Part shown: piece by piece, positions 1-13,339 of the stretch
How positions within the stretch are numbered: position 1 is the first letter of the stretch
Layout of the letters: each line of letters opens with the position of its first letter
The notes under the pieces: model-generated
Databases searched by the model: none
What the model was told of the DNA's origin: nothing
What the model saw: the letters and a program-made list of their open reading frames with translations, nothing else
Position numbers and translations under genes: made by a program
DNA from: Lama glama
Lineage: Eukaryota
DNA length: 64,000 nt
Direction: 5' to 3'
NCBI GenBank assembly: GCA_028534125.1
Contig: CM052818.1
Span: forward strand, 7,132,001 to 7,196,000

Positions 1-797
1 TTTATTAAATTAGTTATTCCTCATTGTACATTAGTTACTAGGAAGAGGAAATATTAAAATCCTAATAAGGAAAGTAAGTTTCATCCTTCATTTTTGAGTC
101 AATTATATTGAATGAAAGACAGTTATATAGAGGAGGAAAGAACTGCTTTTTTAAAATTTAAAAATAACATGGGTTCTTAAAGATGCAAGATTCATACATA
201 GCAGAGATGTACATTTTACTGCAAATCCGTATGTTACTGAAATCTGATACAGTGTTATAAATCTGTTTAGAGGTCCAGATAGTAGCATATACGAGGAAAG
301 ACAAAAATACAAAACTGAAAAGAAAAATACATATACCCTCAATCACATGGCAAGAAAAGTCACTGCTGTGTGTTACAAGACATTCCTGTAGTCATTCAAA
401 ACTGTTTCCCTATTTGAGTCAGTACTTGCTCAATGTATTTTTCTCCCACGAGTGCCAGTAACAGAAAAATATCAAGAAACAATGAAGGGTGGTGAAGCAA
501 AGAGGGGTTTTGGACCCAGCCAAACTTGAGTTTCAGTCTGATCTTAAATGATGTGACTTTAAGAGTGCATCCTCATCTGAAAAATGATATAATACCTATC
601 TCATCAGTTTAAAGATTAAATGACATTATTTACATAACAGTAATTGCAATTTAGAATTATTATTTGGGGAAAAGGTAACATTCTTTTGGAAAATCCACTG
701 GGTCATTTAGCATATTCAGAGACAGTTGTGTATATTTAAGAAATATGGTGCATTTCAAAATGTGTAATCTGTACTGTTTTTTTGATGCCTGCAGTTT

Positions 798-940
798 GTT
801 TATTATTATTTTTTTGCAGAGGGAGGGGATAATTGGGCTTTTATTTATTTATTTTTAATGGAGGTACTGGGGATTGAACCCAGGACTTTGTGCTTGCTAG
901 TCACGCGCTCTCCCACTGAGCTATACCCTCCCCTCTCCCT
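798..940 (-). mobile_element. tRNA-Ala-derived SINE (camelid Vic-1-like)
   Basis: Minus strand GGGAGGGTATAGCTCAGTGGGAGAG...CTGGGTTCAATCCCCAGTACCTCCA (A/B boxes), A-rich tail, perfect 13-bp TSD ATGCCTGCAGTTT (785-797, 941-953). Confidence 0.9.
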
Positions 941-2904
941 ATGCCTGCAGTTTAGGTACTGCTGGGGGTGAAAAGGTTGATTTACCAAAGATAGGCTGTG
1001 ATGTGCTGACTTGGATTATTCTTGTGTTCAAGGATCTGTGAGAAGCTCTCTACATTTTCAGGTCTAGGGAAGAGCAGCAGCAGCCCGAAGTGCCTGGTTA
1101 CTGCAGCATGGTCCAGTGCCGGAGGCTTTGAATGAATTCTCTGTGGAGTTAGCCCCATCTGGCCCAGCAGCATTCGAACTCTGGGCCACACTTTAATTTG
1201 ATTAACACTTTCACTTATTGATGGTCTTGTTGTTTTGGCACTTTGCAATTGAATGATTTATACAAAAGCTTCATCCTTTATTTGTTGTCTAACTACAGAA
1301 TTGAGCACTGAATAATTTTATGACAGACCACATTTGGCATGCCTAGTTATTCAGGGAATTTTCAAAGAACTGTAGTGGGACTTTTTAGTCACACATCCTC
1401 TCTGTTCTTAGTCATCCATTCCTTTTATGGTAGTCATTAGCAAATATCTCTCAACCACTTCTATAATGGTTAACAGTCAGTGTAAGCTCTCTGTAGTGTT
1501 GGCTGTTTTGAGCTCTGTGTACTTAATTGTGAGATAGTCAGCATGTATTTGTGAAAACGTAAACTAAATGTTGGTATAGTCTCCACATGGTTTCTTTTTA
1601 CAGAACTACAGTTGTTAGTATACATGTTAAACTATTTCAAAATCATGATTTAAAAGACTTTTCTCAGATACACTTTTTTGAGTATTATCTTTTCTCTCCT
1701 TCAGTTAGTTGTACCACTTATCTAAGTGTGATTAATTACTTTTAGAATTAAGGCAAAAGAGAACTGAAAATCAGGGTAATGAGAAGTTTTGCTTTAATGA
1801 AGAGGAAAACAGACATTCTAATGTCCTGGGCTATCAGGAGCACCTTTTCCATTTAACTGCTTGACCCTACTGACCTGGTCAAATTCCAGTGTTGCACAAT
1901 TGCATTCTACCTTCCCTAATACCTAGTAAATCCAGTTGTTTGGCTGCCACCTATTTCTTTAACTTTAAAAACTGTTCGTAGGCCATGCTCTTGCTGCAAG
2001 AGTACACCGGAAGCTGTGCTTGTCACCTCTTCTAAAAATTTGATTATTTTCACTCCAACTCCTTCTAACCCTTCAACTTTCTCCTCAAACTCACAGACAC
2101 TTTTCTCCAAACGTACTCGAGAGAGTTCTTTTTCACACATTCAGAAGACATTGGACGTGTGGTCTGAAAACAGTGTGAAGGGTAATGATTAATTAAGGTG
2201 AGAAAAGGAGATAATGGGCAGGACCTTGCTCCGATCGCCTTGTGTTACCAAGTGCTCCTCCAGAGGGCTTGCTGGCCCCTGACTCAACATTTCCTGGGTT
2301 AAACTCGTTCTGTCTCCCCAGCCTCTAGCTTACCCTCCTAAATTCTCTATCCCCTGTTATGGCATCTCTCTCCATCCAAGAGATTTATCCAGTCATCCAA
2401 GTTGAGATTTATCATCTCAACTGGAACCCCAGCTCTCTTCCTCACATTCCTCACATATCCAATCCCCTCAGCCCCTGGTGGGGGTGGGGGTGGCCCTGGG
2501 ACGCTTCCGTGGTGAACTCATCCAGCAACCTCAAGGGCATCCATTCATGTACATTTGCTGTACAAATATTTTCTTTGTGTGCATGATTTGAAAAAGTTTG
2601 GGAAGCATTGCTCTACAGGATAAAATACGTACTCCCGTAAAGACTGTGCCCAGCATGACCCCAGCTGACTTCTGGCTTTAGCTTCTCTCATCGCCCACAA
2701 GTGCATTTTATGTTCTCATCTCATTAAACAACTCTCAGTACCCTAAATATACTTTGCCATGTCTAAATTAGCTCATTTTGTGGTTGCTTTTCCCTTTTCT
2801 GCCAGGTGAAGTTTTGTTCATCCTTTAAGTGCAACCCAAGTGTTATCTCTTCCTTGGCCCTGCTAGGCAAATTTAATAAGTAAATAAATAATAAATTAAA
2901 ATTA

Positions 2905-3560
2905 AAAAAAAAGTTTCTGTGACTCCAGAGCTTATGCTTTTAACCATTATGCCATGGGGAGCCAATACATCTCTATTGCTTTGGAGTTGGACTACCTGAG
3001 TTCAGATTCCAGCTGTATGGCAGCTTGTATGACCTTGGGTGATTACATAAACCTCCAAGTACTCAGTTTCCTTCTTTGTAAAGGAACGTAATAATGTTCT
3101 GTAACTCATGGAGTAGCTGTGGGGATTAAGTGACAGATAATGCTATTTAGTGCTCAGTAAATGTTATAATGATTATTTGAACTTGAAATAGTTTTACATG
3201 GCTTCTTGTTGTGTGCCCTTTGCTCGGTTGTAAATTCTTTGGAGGAAAGGGGCTCTGTCTCACTCACTTTTGTCCAACATCTATGATAATGCTTGGCACT
3301 ATTATTATTATTATTGTTATTATTATTATTAGTGGTGGTGGTAATAAGTGCTCTGTAGATCTTGCTTTGTGCCAGGCAGTGTTCTAAGAACTTTTGATAG
3401 TATGTCTTTCATAGAGTTGTTGAGAGTGTCAAACGCCCTGCTAACAACCCTGAGGGAGATACTGTTGTATCTGCTTGATGAGGAAACTGAGGCACAGAGA
3501 ATTTAAGTATCTTGTCCAAGTACCTAGCTTGGTTACAGATTTCATGCATGTAACCATTAT
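2905..3560. mobile_element. MIR fragments
   Basis: GACCTTGGGTGATTACATAAACCTC...CTCAGTTTCCT; GATGAGGAAACTGAGGCACAGAGA core. Other MIR cores near 520-640, 23900-24140 and 25090-25230. Confidence 0.75.
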
Positions 3561-4120
3561 ACTAGGGTCCTTCATAGTAGGTGTTAATAAATATCTTTTG
3601 GAACCAGTAAATGAATGAGACTCAGATAAACAGGCGTGTGGGACGGAGTGCTAGGAGACAGTATTATTCAATGAGATGTGAGTAAAAAGCCAAAAAATCG
3701 TCAAGAGATAGACTAAATGAATAAAAGAAAGCACTGATAAATAATGGTAACGCTGGGGAATAATCAGTGTTAGGGACCATGGTGGCTGGTCCTTTGCAGG
3801 TACGTAACTGTTCAACAGGCAGTGCTCTCTGAAAGAGGACTGATCTCTGAAAGAGGAAAGTGGGCTAAGCTTTGGGATCATCATAAGTTTCTGCCTGTAG
3901 GTACTATGTGTCCACATTGTAGCTGAGCTGAGGGGAGGGAGGGAGGAAAGGGGAGAGAAGAGAGAGAGATTCATTAGAGTTCAGTGAGGCTGAAGAGGCT
4001 GGAATTTGTCAGATGAAGTACCAGATATGGGGTGCTATGCAGACATCTGCCTAAGTGACCCTTGAGTCTGTTACTGAATACTAAACTATGCATGCCTAGG
4101 TTAAACTCCACAAAGCTGGG

Positions 4121-4675
4121 TGTATTGTTGGTCCCCAGACCACAATCAGTTTGATGATTCTCTAGGAAGACTCACTGGACTTGGCATATATTCATACTTC
4201 TGGCTAGGATCTATTATAGTGAAAAGATACCAAGCAAAAGTCAACAAGGGGAAATGGTGCATGGGGTGAAGTCTGGAAGAGACCAGATGTGAGCTTCCAA
4301 GAGTCCTATCCCCACGGAGTCACACAGGACATATTTTCCTGCTTGTTGAGCTGTGGCAGCACATGTGGAATGTTGCCTACCAGGGAAGCCCATTAGAAGC
4401 TTGGTACCAGGATTTTTATTAAATACGGCCTAGTCAATCAGGCACATTCTACCTGACAATACTACAATTTCACACTTTAACAAAGAAAGCAGGTATTCAG
4501 AATAAACCATACTGTTTGGACAAACAGTTTAGGCACAGTGTGCCACTCTTATGAGTTAGGGTGTTGGGAGCACTCCTGAAATTCAGTTTCCCAGATGTCA
4601 GCCAGGGACTAACTTCTAAATAGGCCTTTCAAAAAGATAGCAATCTGGCCAGCTGTATTAACTCTTTTCTATATA
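4121..4675. mobile_element. ERVL-type solo LTR (MER21-like)
   Basis: TG start, MER21-like text (GATGATTCTCTAGGAAGACTCAC...AAACCATACTGTTTGGACAAACAGTTTAGGCACAG), 5-bp TSD CTGGG/CTAGG. Confidence 0.65.
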
Positions 4676-4840
4676 CTAGGCAGAGAGATGAGAGAATCTG
4701 TGAGCTAATGATTCCCAGACCCCACATAGGGCATTATAATGTTTGAGTTCTGAGTAGCCAGGTCATTCTGTAGAGGTATCAAAAAAGTCACACCTTAAAA
4801 ATTGGGCTAAATTAGCCCTAAAATAAATGCTACCCTAGGC

Positions 4841-5048
4841 CAACGGTTCTCAACCAGGAATGGTTTTGTCCCCCCAGATGACATTTGGTAATATCTTTGG
4901 ACATTTTGTGTTGTCACAACTGGGAAATGTTACTGGTATCTAAAGGGTAGAGGCCAGGAATGCCACTAGGCAATCCACAGAACAGTCCCCCTACAACCAA
5001 GAATTCTATGACCCAAAATGTCAGTAGTGCTAAGGTTGAGAAACCCTG
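4841..5048. mobile_element. MER20-like hAT-Charlie MITE
   Basis: TIRs CAACGGTTCTCAACC / GGTTGAGAAACCCTG; internal GTTGTCACAACTGGG...GTAGAGGCCAGGAATGC. Confidence 0.85.
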
Positions 5049-6695
5049 TTCTGAACCCATCTAACAACTTAAAAATAAGCCTATAAAGGATCGAGTTGAT
5101 CTGCAAGCAACTTAAATGCTAGTCAAAACAAAACCAGCACTTTTTAAAGAAAGACAGTAAAATTCAGACACTTAACAATGCAGCATTTATAATGTCCAGC
5201 ATCCAATTTAAAAAATTACTAGACATGTGAAGAAATAAAGAATATGATTTATAATCAGGAGAAAAAAATTAGTCAATAAAAGGAGGGCTGGAAATGACTA
5301 AGACGATGAATTAGCAGATAGTTATTATCAATATGACCATGGATTTAAAGTAAAACATAAACATAAGTAAAGACAAAAATGGAAGATATTTAAAAACTGT
5401 AACTTCTAAAGCTGAAAAATACAGTGTCTGAAATGAAAAATTCACTGGATGAGATTCATGGTAGGTTAGGAATTACAGTCAGTGAACTGGAAGACATAGC
5501 AATAGAAACTATCCAATATGAAACAAGGAAAAAAGTGACTGCAGAAAAATCAACAGAGCCTCAGTGACCCGTGGGACAGTGTAAGTGGTCTAATATACAT
5601 GTAATCGAAATTCTAAGGGTAGAGGGAGAAAAAAATTAGACAAAATAAAGCATAAAAATATCCAAACAAAACCTACAGACTCAAGAAGCTAAATGAAGCT
5701 AAAGCAGAACAAACACAAAGACAACCACATCAAGATACATCATAACCAAATTGCTGAAAACCTACAATAATAATAAAAATCTTAAAAGAAGCTATTGAAA
5801 AAGACATATACCTTTAGGGAATTTTTTTTAAATATCACAAACTCCTCATTAGTAACTATACAAGCAGAAAACAGTGCAATAACATCTCTAAGATGCTGAA
5901 GGCACATAGTATAAAATTATATACCAGGTGAAAATATCCTTCAAAAAATGAAGACAAAATAAAGACCTTTCAAACCAACAAAAGGTGATTGAATTCATGG
6001 CCAGCAGAAGTACACCAAGAAATGTAATGGGAAATTTTTCAAGCTGAAGGAAAAAGATCCCAGTTGGAAACAGATGTACATAAAAGAATAAAGAGCACTG
6101 GAAGTGGTAATACAACTTATGTAGAAATAAAATGAATGACATCAATAGTACCAAGAGTGGTTCTTGTTTACAATGTATATGAAGTTGTATAATATTATTT
6201 AAAGGTATAATGTGTTAAGCTTAAAATGCATATTGCAAATACGAATAAAGAAATTAAGTTAAGAGGAGTAGCTAATACACAAATGGAAGAGAGAAAATGA
6301 AATAGTAAAGAATACCCAGCCTGACAAAAGAGAGGAAAAATGTAACAAAAAACAAATGAGATAATTAGAAAACAAATAATGAGATACCAGACTTAGAGCC
6401 AGCCTGTTTCAATAATTACATTAAGTGTAAATGGTTTAAATGAACCAGTTAAAAGAAGTCAGATTGAATTAGAAAACTGTATATTGCTATCTACAAGCAG
6501 GGCCCAACTGTATACCATCTATAATTACATATTATCTATAGACTTGAAATATAAAGACAGAGGGTAAAAGTAAAAGAATAGAGAAAAATTAACTTTACAA
6601 ACACTAATCAAAAGAAAGCTGTAATGGTTATATCATTATCAAGGTAGACTTCAGAGTTCGAAATATTGCTAGGGATAAAATCATTTCATGGTGAT

Positions 6696-7176
6696 TGTGG
6701 TAGTTTTAAAATGTGTCCTCAAATTGTTTGACATTCTTTTCTTTAAGAAGTGGAGTCTTAATTTTTCTCCCTTTGAAGAGAGGTTGGACTCTATGACTCA
6801 TAAATAGAATATGGTGGAAGAGATAAAAAATAGTATGGCTTTCAACTTGGTTGCTCTCTATTTGGTCATTTGTTGTGGGGAAAGTTGACTGCAGCACCAT
6901 GAAGAGAGGTCTTTATGGTTGATTGGCCTCCAACCAAGAGCAACATGAGTAACCATCTTGGAAGCAGATCCTGTAGCCCCAGTCAAGCTTTTAGATGACT
7001 GTAGCCCCAGCTGACATCTTAGCTGTCACTTCATGAGATACCTGAAGGTAGAGCCACCCAGCTAAGCTGCCCCTGGATTTCTGACCCTCTGAACATATAC
7101 TAGAAACAAAATAAGTGTTTGTTGTTTTAAGCTGCTGTTTTAGAGTAATTTATTACATAGTAATAGAGCCAATAGA
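6696..7176 (+). mobile_element. MaLR solo LTR (MLT1-like) inserted in L1
   Basis: TGTGGTAG start, CCAGTCAAGCTTTTAGATGACTGTAGCCCC, TGTTGTTTTAAGCTGCT; 5-bp TSD GTGAT/ATGAT; L1 text resumes on both sides. Confidence 0.8.
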
Positions 7177-10100
7177 ATGATAAAAGGGTTGATTTGTCAA
7201 GGAAATATTCAGATCTTTAATCTGTATGCACTTAATAACAGAGCTTCAAAATATATAATGTAAAACTTGGCAGAACTGAAAGCAGAAATAGGTAAATCCA
7301 TAATAATTTCCTTCAACTGGAGATTTTAACACTCCATACTCTTTAATTGATAGAATAAATACACACACACATACACACACATGCACAAACAATCAGAAAG
7401 GAGTTGGAAGACTTGAAAAGCACCATCAACCAACCTAACTTAATCTTTATATACTGCACCTAGGAGGAGCAGAATGCACATTTTTTTTCAAGTGCACATT
7501 ACAACATTCACCAAGATAGACTATATTCATAGCTATATGAAAAAGTCTCAGTAAATTTTAAAAGACTGAAATCATGGAGAATATGTTCTCTGACCACAGT
7601 GGAATCAAACTAGAAGTCAGTAACAGAAATATATCTGGGACATTTCCCGAATATTTGGAAATTAAACTTCATACTTTAAAATTAACACATGATTTAAAAA
7701 GAAATCACAAGGGAAAATAAAAAATATTTTTAACTGAATGAAAATGAAATCATAGCATATCAAAATTTGTGAGATGCAGTTAAAGCAGCGCTTGAGGGAA
7801 ATTTGTAGTTTTAAGTGCTCATACTAGAAAAGAAAAAAGGCCCAAAATCAACGACTAAGGTTTCCACTTGGATAAATGAGAAAAAGAAAAGCAAATAAAA
7901 TCCAAAGTAAGTAGAAGGAAAGATATAACAAAGAGAAATCAATCAACAAAATAGAAGAAGAGCAAAGAATATTAAAAATTCTGTGAAACAAAAATTGGTT
8001 ATTTGCAACGAACAATAAATTGATTAAATACATTGAGTCTGATTCCTTAAAATGCAATATAGTACACTGTTAAAATGAATTCTTAAAAACTAAAAAGCTG
8101 ACTCCTCAATTGTTTTTTATTTGAGATAAAATGGCCTTGTTTTGAAATCTAGGTTTTGAACTGCAATACAACTTATTTTAATAAGTGTCAGTTATAAGTG
8201 TAGTTATGATCAATTATATTTATGTCAGAAAGATTCCTTTGAAAGATAATTCACTATACTTATGCCAAAATAGTATTTGGGGAAAAAAAAACCTCTACAA
8301 TTTCTATGTTAAGTTCTGTATTTTGTCTTCAGTTTTGAACAAAAAAAGTATATAAAGCAGATGATGAAAAGTGTGAGCAATAATATAAATTCCAGGAAAA
8401 TTCAGTTAAAATGATGAAAAACACACTTTGGGCATTTTTAGATTTCTTTTGTAAGAAACATATGTTCATCGTACACATTTACTGTGAGGAGTTGTTTAGT
8501 ACTATAGGTTATGAACAAATACCTGCCAAAAGAAATAAAACTGAACAGAGACTAAACCACCAGCATACCACGTAATGATGTACAGTGTTTAATAGTTCAC
8601 CTTTTCAGTTATCAAACCCATTGATAAATAATCTGTGCCTGTATTTGCAGTGTTACTCAGTGACAGAATTTTGAAACAAGATGAAGCAAGGTAAAAATGT
8701 ATAAGGATTAATTTTGTCTTTAAGTGATCTTAAATATTCAATTTTATCCAGATTCTAAGATAATAAACTACTTAATTGTGCTGTTCACCAAATATGAATA
8801 CAAGACCAAGTAAAAAATAAAATCAAGTAATATTCTCTTAATCACTAGGATATTTGGTAAATTTATATTCTTTCTTGATTATTCATGATCTGATAATTTT
8901 ATTCACAGATTATACAGGTTTTCTCTTTTGCTTATAAAATTGTAGAATTAAGTGACATAATCCAGTCCCCTCATTCGGTTTCCATTTGCTCTTCATTTTT
9001 TTGAAACACCTCACTGGTTATGAGCCCGAAACACAGGAAGAAATACTTAAAACCAAACCAGTCAGTTCTGCTACATTCTAGTAGTGTTTTTAAAGGGTTT
9101 CTTCATGTAGGGATGGGGGTGGAGGAAGACTAGACACTGATAAAACAACCGAGATTAGGATTTTAGGATTATAGGTGAAATTCAATTTCACTTCCTAATT
9201 TTTGGCTTCATTAGTCATCTTAGCCTGTAATATGCTTGTCCTCCTGCTTCTCAAGAATCTTTTCTTTCTGTTTTTTGGATAATATTTCTTTTGAAGTATG
9301 AATTTTCACCCCAGGCAAAGATTTGTAGTTAACAGACTCAAGGAAAAATTTATAAGGATTCCTTTTCTGGGGGAATTTTGATGGTTAGATTAGATAGAGT
9401 ACAATGCTTGGAGTTAGAAGGAGTCTTTTGGCTGGCCCTGAAAAGAGCCAATTTTAAGGACAGGAGTAACATTCTTCCTGCCTGTTGTATACTTTCAGCT
9501 ACCAGGAATTCTTTAAATGCTGTGAATCCCAGGGATTAAGTGTGACAGAATGATAGTTACACCCATTGTTGTTGAGAATTGTTTACACTCTTGTTTCCTA
9601 TATGCATGTTCTACATTTTTCGAGTTTGCTGTATTTGACAGCTGTGCATCAAAGGTGTTTTTATAGTTCAAAATAAGTAGAATGTGCTATAGCTGTAACT
9701 TTGTATTTTCTCTCTTTGTTACTCTCTAGTAGGAGGGTTTGTTTTTGCTTGTTTGGGGCTGTATTTATAAAGCAGCGGGATATAAACACTTGTTATTATT
9801 GGTATCTCATGAATTTTGTAATATTTTCTAAGTGTTGCACTTAGAATTCAATTCTAAATTACGTTGTAATCAAGGTACTATTTTATTTTGGTAGAAAAGA
9901 GTAAGAAATCTTTATAGCTATGTAATATAGATCATAGCTTTGATATTAAATCATCATTCCTACAAGATTTAATAAAATTAATCATTTGGTCACTTTCAAA
10001 GACCGATATGCTAGTGTCCAAATTGTATAGCTATGAACAAAGTTATTTTCGTACTCTGGATAATGTATTTCTTTCATTTTCACATAAACACTACCTACAA

Positions 10101-10202
10101 ATTTCTAGTATGTATAAAAGCAGCAAAACCATGACATGAAATGTATGTGTAACTTTTTAAAATTATGGTCTCTTATCATTGATGTTTATATTTTGGAACA
10201 GC

Positions 10203-10734
10203 TGTATTAGTTATCTATTGCTGCATAACTGATTACCCCAAAACTTAACAGCTTTGAACAACACGCATTTATCATCTTAGTTTCTGTGAGTAAAGATCCG
10301 GGTGCCTCTGCCTGAGGGTCTCTCAGTGTCCGACAGGGCTGCAGGCTCCTCTGACGGCTAGTTGGAGGGCAGATCCACTTCTAAGCTTACTCAAGTGGTT
10401 GTGGGCAGGAGTCAGCTCCTCACAGGCTGTTGGAATGGATGCCTCAGTTCCTCATGGGATGTTGGAAGGAGTCCCTCGATTTGTAGAGTAGCTCCCAGCG
10501 TGGCATCTAGCTTCCATCAGAACAATCGAGAAGAGGGTGAGCAAGATGGAGGCCGCAGTCGTCTTCTTCTTGTGAACCTACCCTTGAAAGTGACATCCCA
10601 TCACATCTGCTGCATCTCTTCCTCAGCAGTGGGTCTCTAGCTTGGCCTAACCTCAAGGGAAGGGAATCTCACAGAATATGAATACTAGGAGGCAGGAATC
10701 AGTGTGGGACCATGTTAGAGGCTGCCTAATGACA
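10203..10734 (-). mobile_element. MaLR solo LTR (MLT1-like)
   Basis: TGTATTAGTTATCTATTGCTGCATAAC...CCCAAAACTTA...GGGACCATGTTAGAGGCTGCCTAATGACA. Confidence 0.8.
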
Positions 10735-12169
10735 TTCCTCTCAGATGATTCTACATAATATGTATTATAACTTAGATTCATTTTTCACTAAGAGTATTAT
10801 GGAGCTCTTGGGAATATTAGTGATACTCAAAGGTGTAGTAGGTAAAGGACCCGGGAACATGCACTGGAACTGTTCCCGTATCACTTTCTTCTTGTTGCTC
10901 CACTGCACCTGAAGCATCACCTCTGTCCAGGATGGCTCAACACCTACTGGAACAGCCACTGGGAAGGGGACTGGGGAGAGGGGGGCGACGGACACAGCCC
11001 AGAAGTTACAGCTGTCAGTCGTTCCAGCTCATATCCCGTTTGCCAGAACGTAGTCACATGGCCACACTCAGCTACAAAAGAGGCTAAGAAATTTAGTCTT
11101 TGGTTGGGCAGTCATGGGCTCAACTAAAAATTGTATCATTATAATTTTTATAAGAATAAAAATTCTGAAGAATAGAAATCCCCAAAGAAAGGGAGACTAT
11201 TTGGGAGAAGCCTCTGCCCAGAGCTTTCAGCGTGGATATCACACGGTCATGCACTAAGGCATTTTACTCCGAGGGAAGTAAATGTCCTCTTTCAGAGCCT
11301 ATTACTCTTAATTTAGACAGCATTCTTATTAGCTTAGTTAGAGGGCTTCCCAAACCGCTGCAGATTAGGAGGCAATACAGTGAAAAGCAGGTATCTTGAC
11401 AGCTGCAAAAATTGAGAGCAGAATGTCTGGTAACAAGTAAGGATGTACAGAGGGCGTAAGCAAAGACTAAACTGGCTGTTCAGAGGAATTTGATAGCGGG
11501 GCAGCCAGTCCTGTGAACATTAGTGGCCCCGAGGCATTGCTCATTTAACAACATCGCCACAGAGTAAAACACGTAGTAGTGACGATCCAGAGTTTTCCAT
11601 GTGGTTCTAAGAAGAAAAACATTTTGGCACTCAGAAAGAGGGAAGCCTCACCACTTATCTGGAAAATTCACTCGTGTAGAAAATTCTATAAAAATGATTG
11701 TGGCAAATAAAGAAGCAACCCCTCTACTCACAATCCTCCTCACTCTGTCTAATTACTACAACATTATCTGCATAAGGAAATTCTTTCCAAGTTTTGTTTC
11801 TGGTATCTAGACTTATACATTGTCTCAGAGTGGATGGCATTAGTAATTTCTTTGTTTTTTAAAGAAAGTATCTGTATTAGCCAACCCCCATATATTTAAA
11901 ATTGTAAACATAAAGCAATTACTCCCCATCCCCGCCATCCTGTAAAGAGTGCCCAACTTTCTGGTTACACACAGTATTACTGTAAGTGTAGGATTGTCAG
12001 AGAGTTCTCCAGTTCTCCTGGGTTTTAAAGCCAACTGCATCATAGCTAGTATTGCCATTCTGATATGTTAGCCCTGAATGTTTTTTCCCATTTCTCAATC
12101 TGGCCAACTCTGACTCATTTAAGACCCAGGTCTGTTACAAAGTAAAATGTATTATGAAATGTGTGATCT

Positions 12170-13155
12170 ATAAAAGGAATAGTTAACAAATTAGACTTCA
12201 AAATTAAAAAGTTTGCTCTATAAAAGACTATGTTAAAAGGATGAAAAGACAAGGTACCGACTTGGGAGAAAATATTTGCAAACCATGTATCTGACAAAGG
12301 GCTAGTATCTGGACTATGTAAAGAACTCTAAAAACTTAGCAGTGAAAATAACAAACAGTCCAATTAAAAAAATAGGCAGAAGACATGAAGAGACTTTTTT
12401 TTCAGATGGCAAAAAGATGTTCAACATCATTAGGTAAGTGAAATACCAATTAAATCAGTAAGGTACGTACACCTGTCAGAATGGCTAAAATAAAAAAATA
12501 GTGACAATACCAAATGCTGATGAGAATTCCAAGAGACTAGGTCACAGATACATTGCTGGTAGGCATGCAAATAATGTGGTAATTAGATAAAGTGACGAGT
12601 ATTGTGAGTAGAGGGGCCGCTCCTTTGGAAAACAGCTTGGCAGATTATTATTTTTAAAATAAACATGCCAGTATCACATGACTCAGCACTGGCACACCTG
12701 AGCATTTATCCCAGAAAAATGAAAACTTAAATTCATACAAAAACCTGGACACAAATGTTTGTAGCAGCTTTATTCATATAGCACCAAACTGTAAACAACT
12801 CAGATCCATTGATAAGTAAATGGTTAACCTAACTATGTTATGTTCAGCACTACTGAGCAACAAAAAGGAACCAAGTAATGATACATGCTGCAACCTGAAT
12901 GGATTATGCTGAGTGAGGAAAGCCAATCCCAAATGGTTGCATACCATATGATTCCATGTATGCGAAAAAATGACAGAAATGGAGAACAGATTAGTGGTTT
13001 TGGGGGGCTAAGGAAGGTGGGGAGGTGAGCGAGGAAAGTGGGTGTGGCTATAAAAAGGCAACACAAGGGATCTGTGTGGTGATGGAAAAGTTCTGTATCT
13101 TGACTACATCAATGTCAATATCCTGTACTGTAGTTTTATAAGATGTTACCTTTGG
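12170..13155 (+). mobile_element. Ancient L1 3' fragment (L1MC-like)
   Basis: GGGAGAAAATATTTGCAAACCATGTATCTGACAAAGG...GGATTATGCTGAGTGA...GGTGATGGAAAAGTTCTGTATCTTGAC. Confidence 0.85.
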
Positions 13156-13339
13156 TTAACTCCATTTGACTATGAGCCCATGAGGGGAGGGATATCTGTA
13201 TTTCACCAGCAGCTAGTACAGAGCCTGCCTCATGGGAGATACTTTAAAAATGTTTTATGGGCTGCTTTAAGGGAGAGAGGCTGAACATTTGAATGTAATC
13301 ATATTAAGCACTCACATCTGACAGTACATCCTCAAATAA

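Larger units (their letters stand above)
3980..8035 (+). mobile_element. Ancient L1 (L1M-type) 5'/ORF1/ORF2-endonuclease remnant, interrupted by nested elements
   Basis: A-rich sense strand with L1 motifs (TACACCAGGTGAAAATATCCTTCAAAAAATGAAG-like; ACATTCACCAAGATAGAC; TCTCTGACCACAGTGGAATCAAACTAGAA); no intact ORF. Confidence 0.8.

Noticed and set aside
798..940. tRNA-Ala genes at the SINE positions
   Set aside because: They have A-rich tails, TSDs and stem-breaking mutations, so they are SINEs rather than functional tRNAs.
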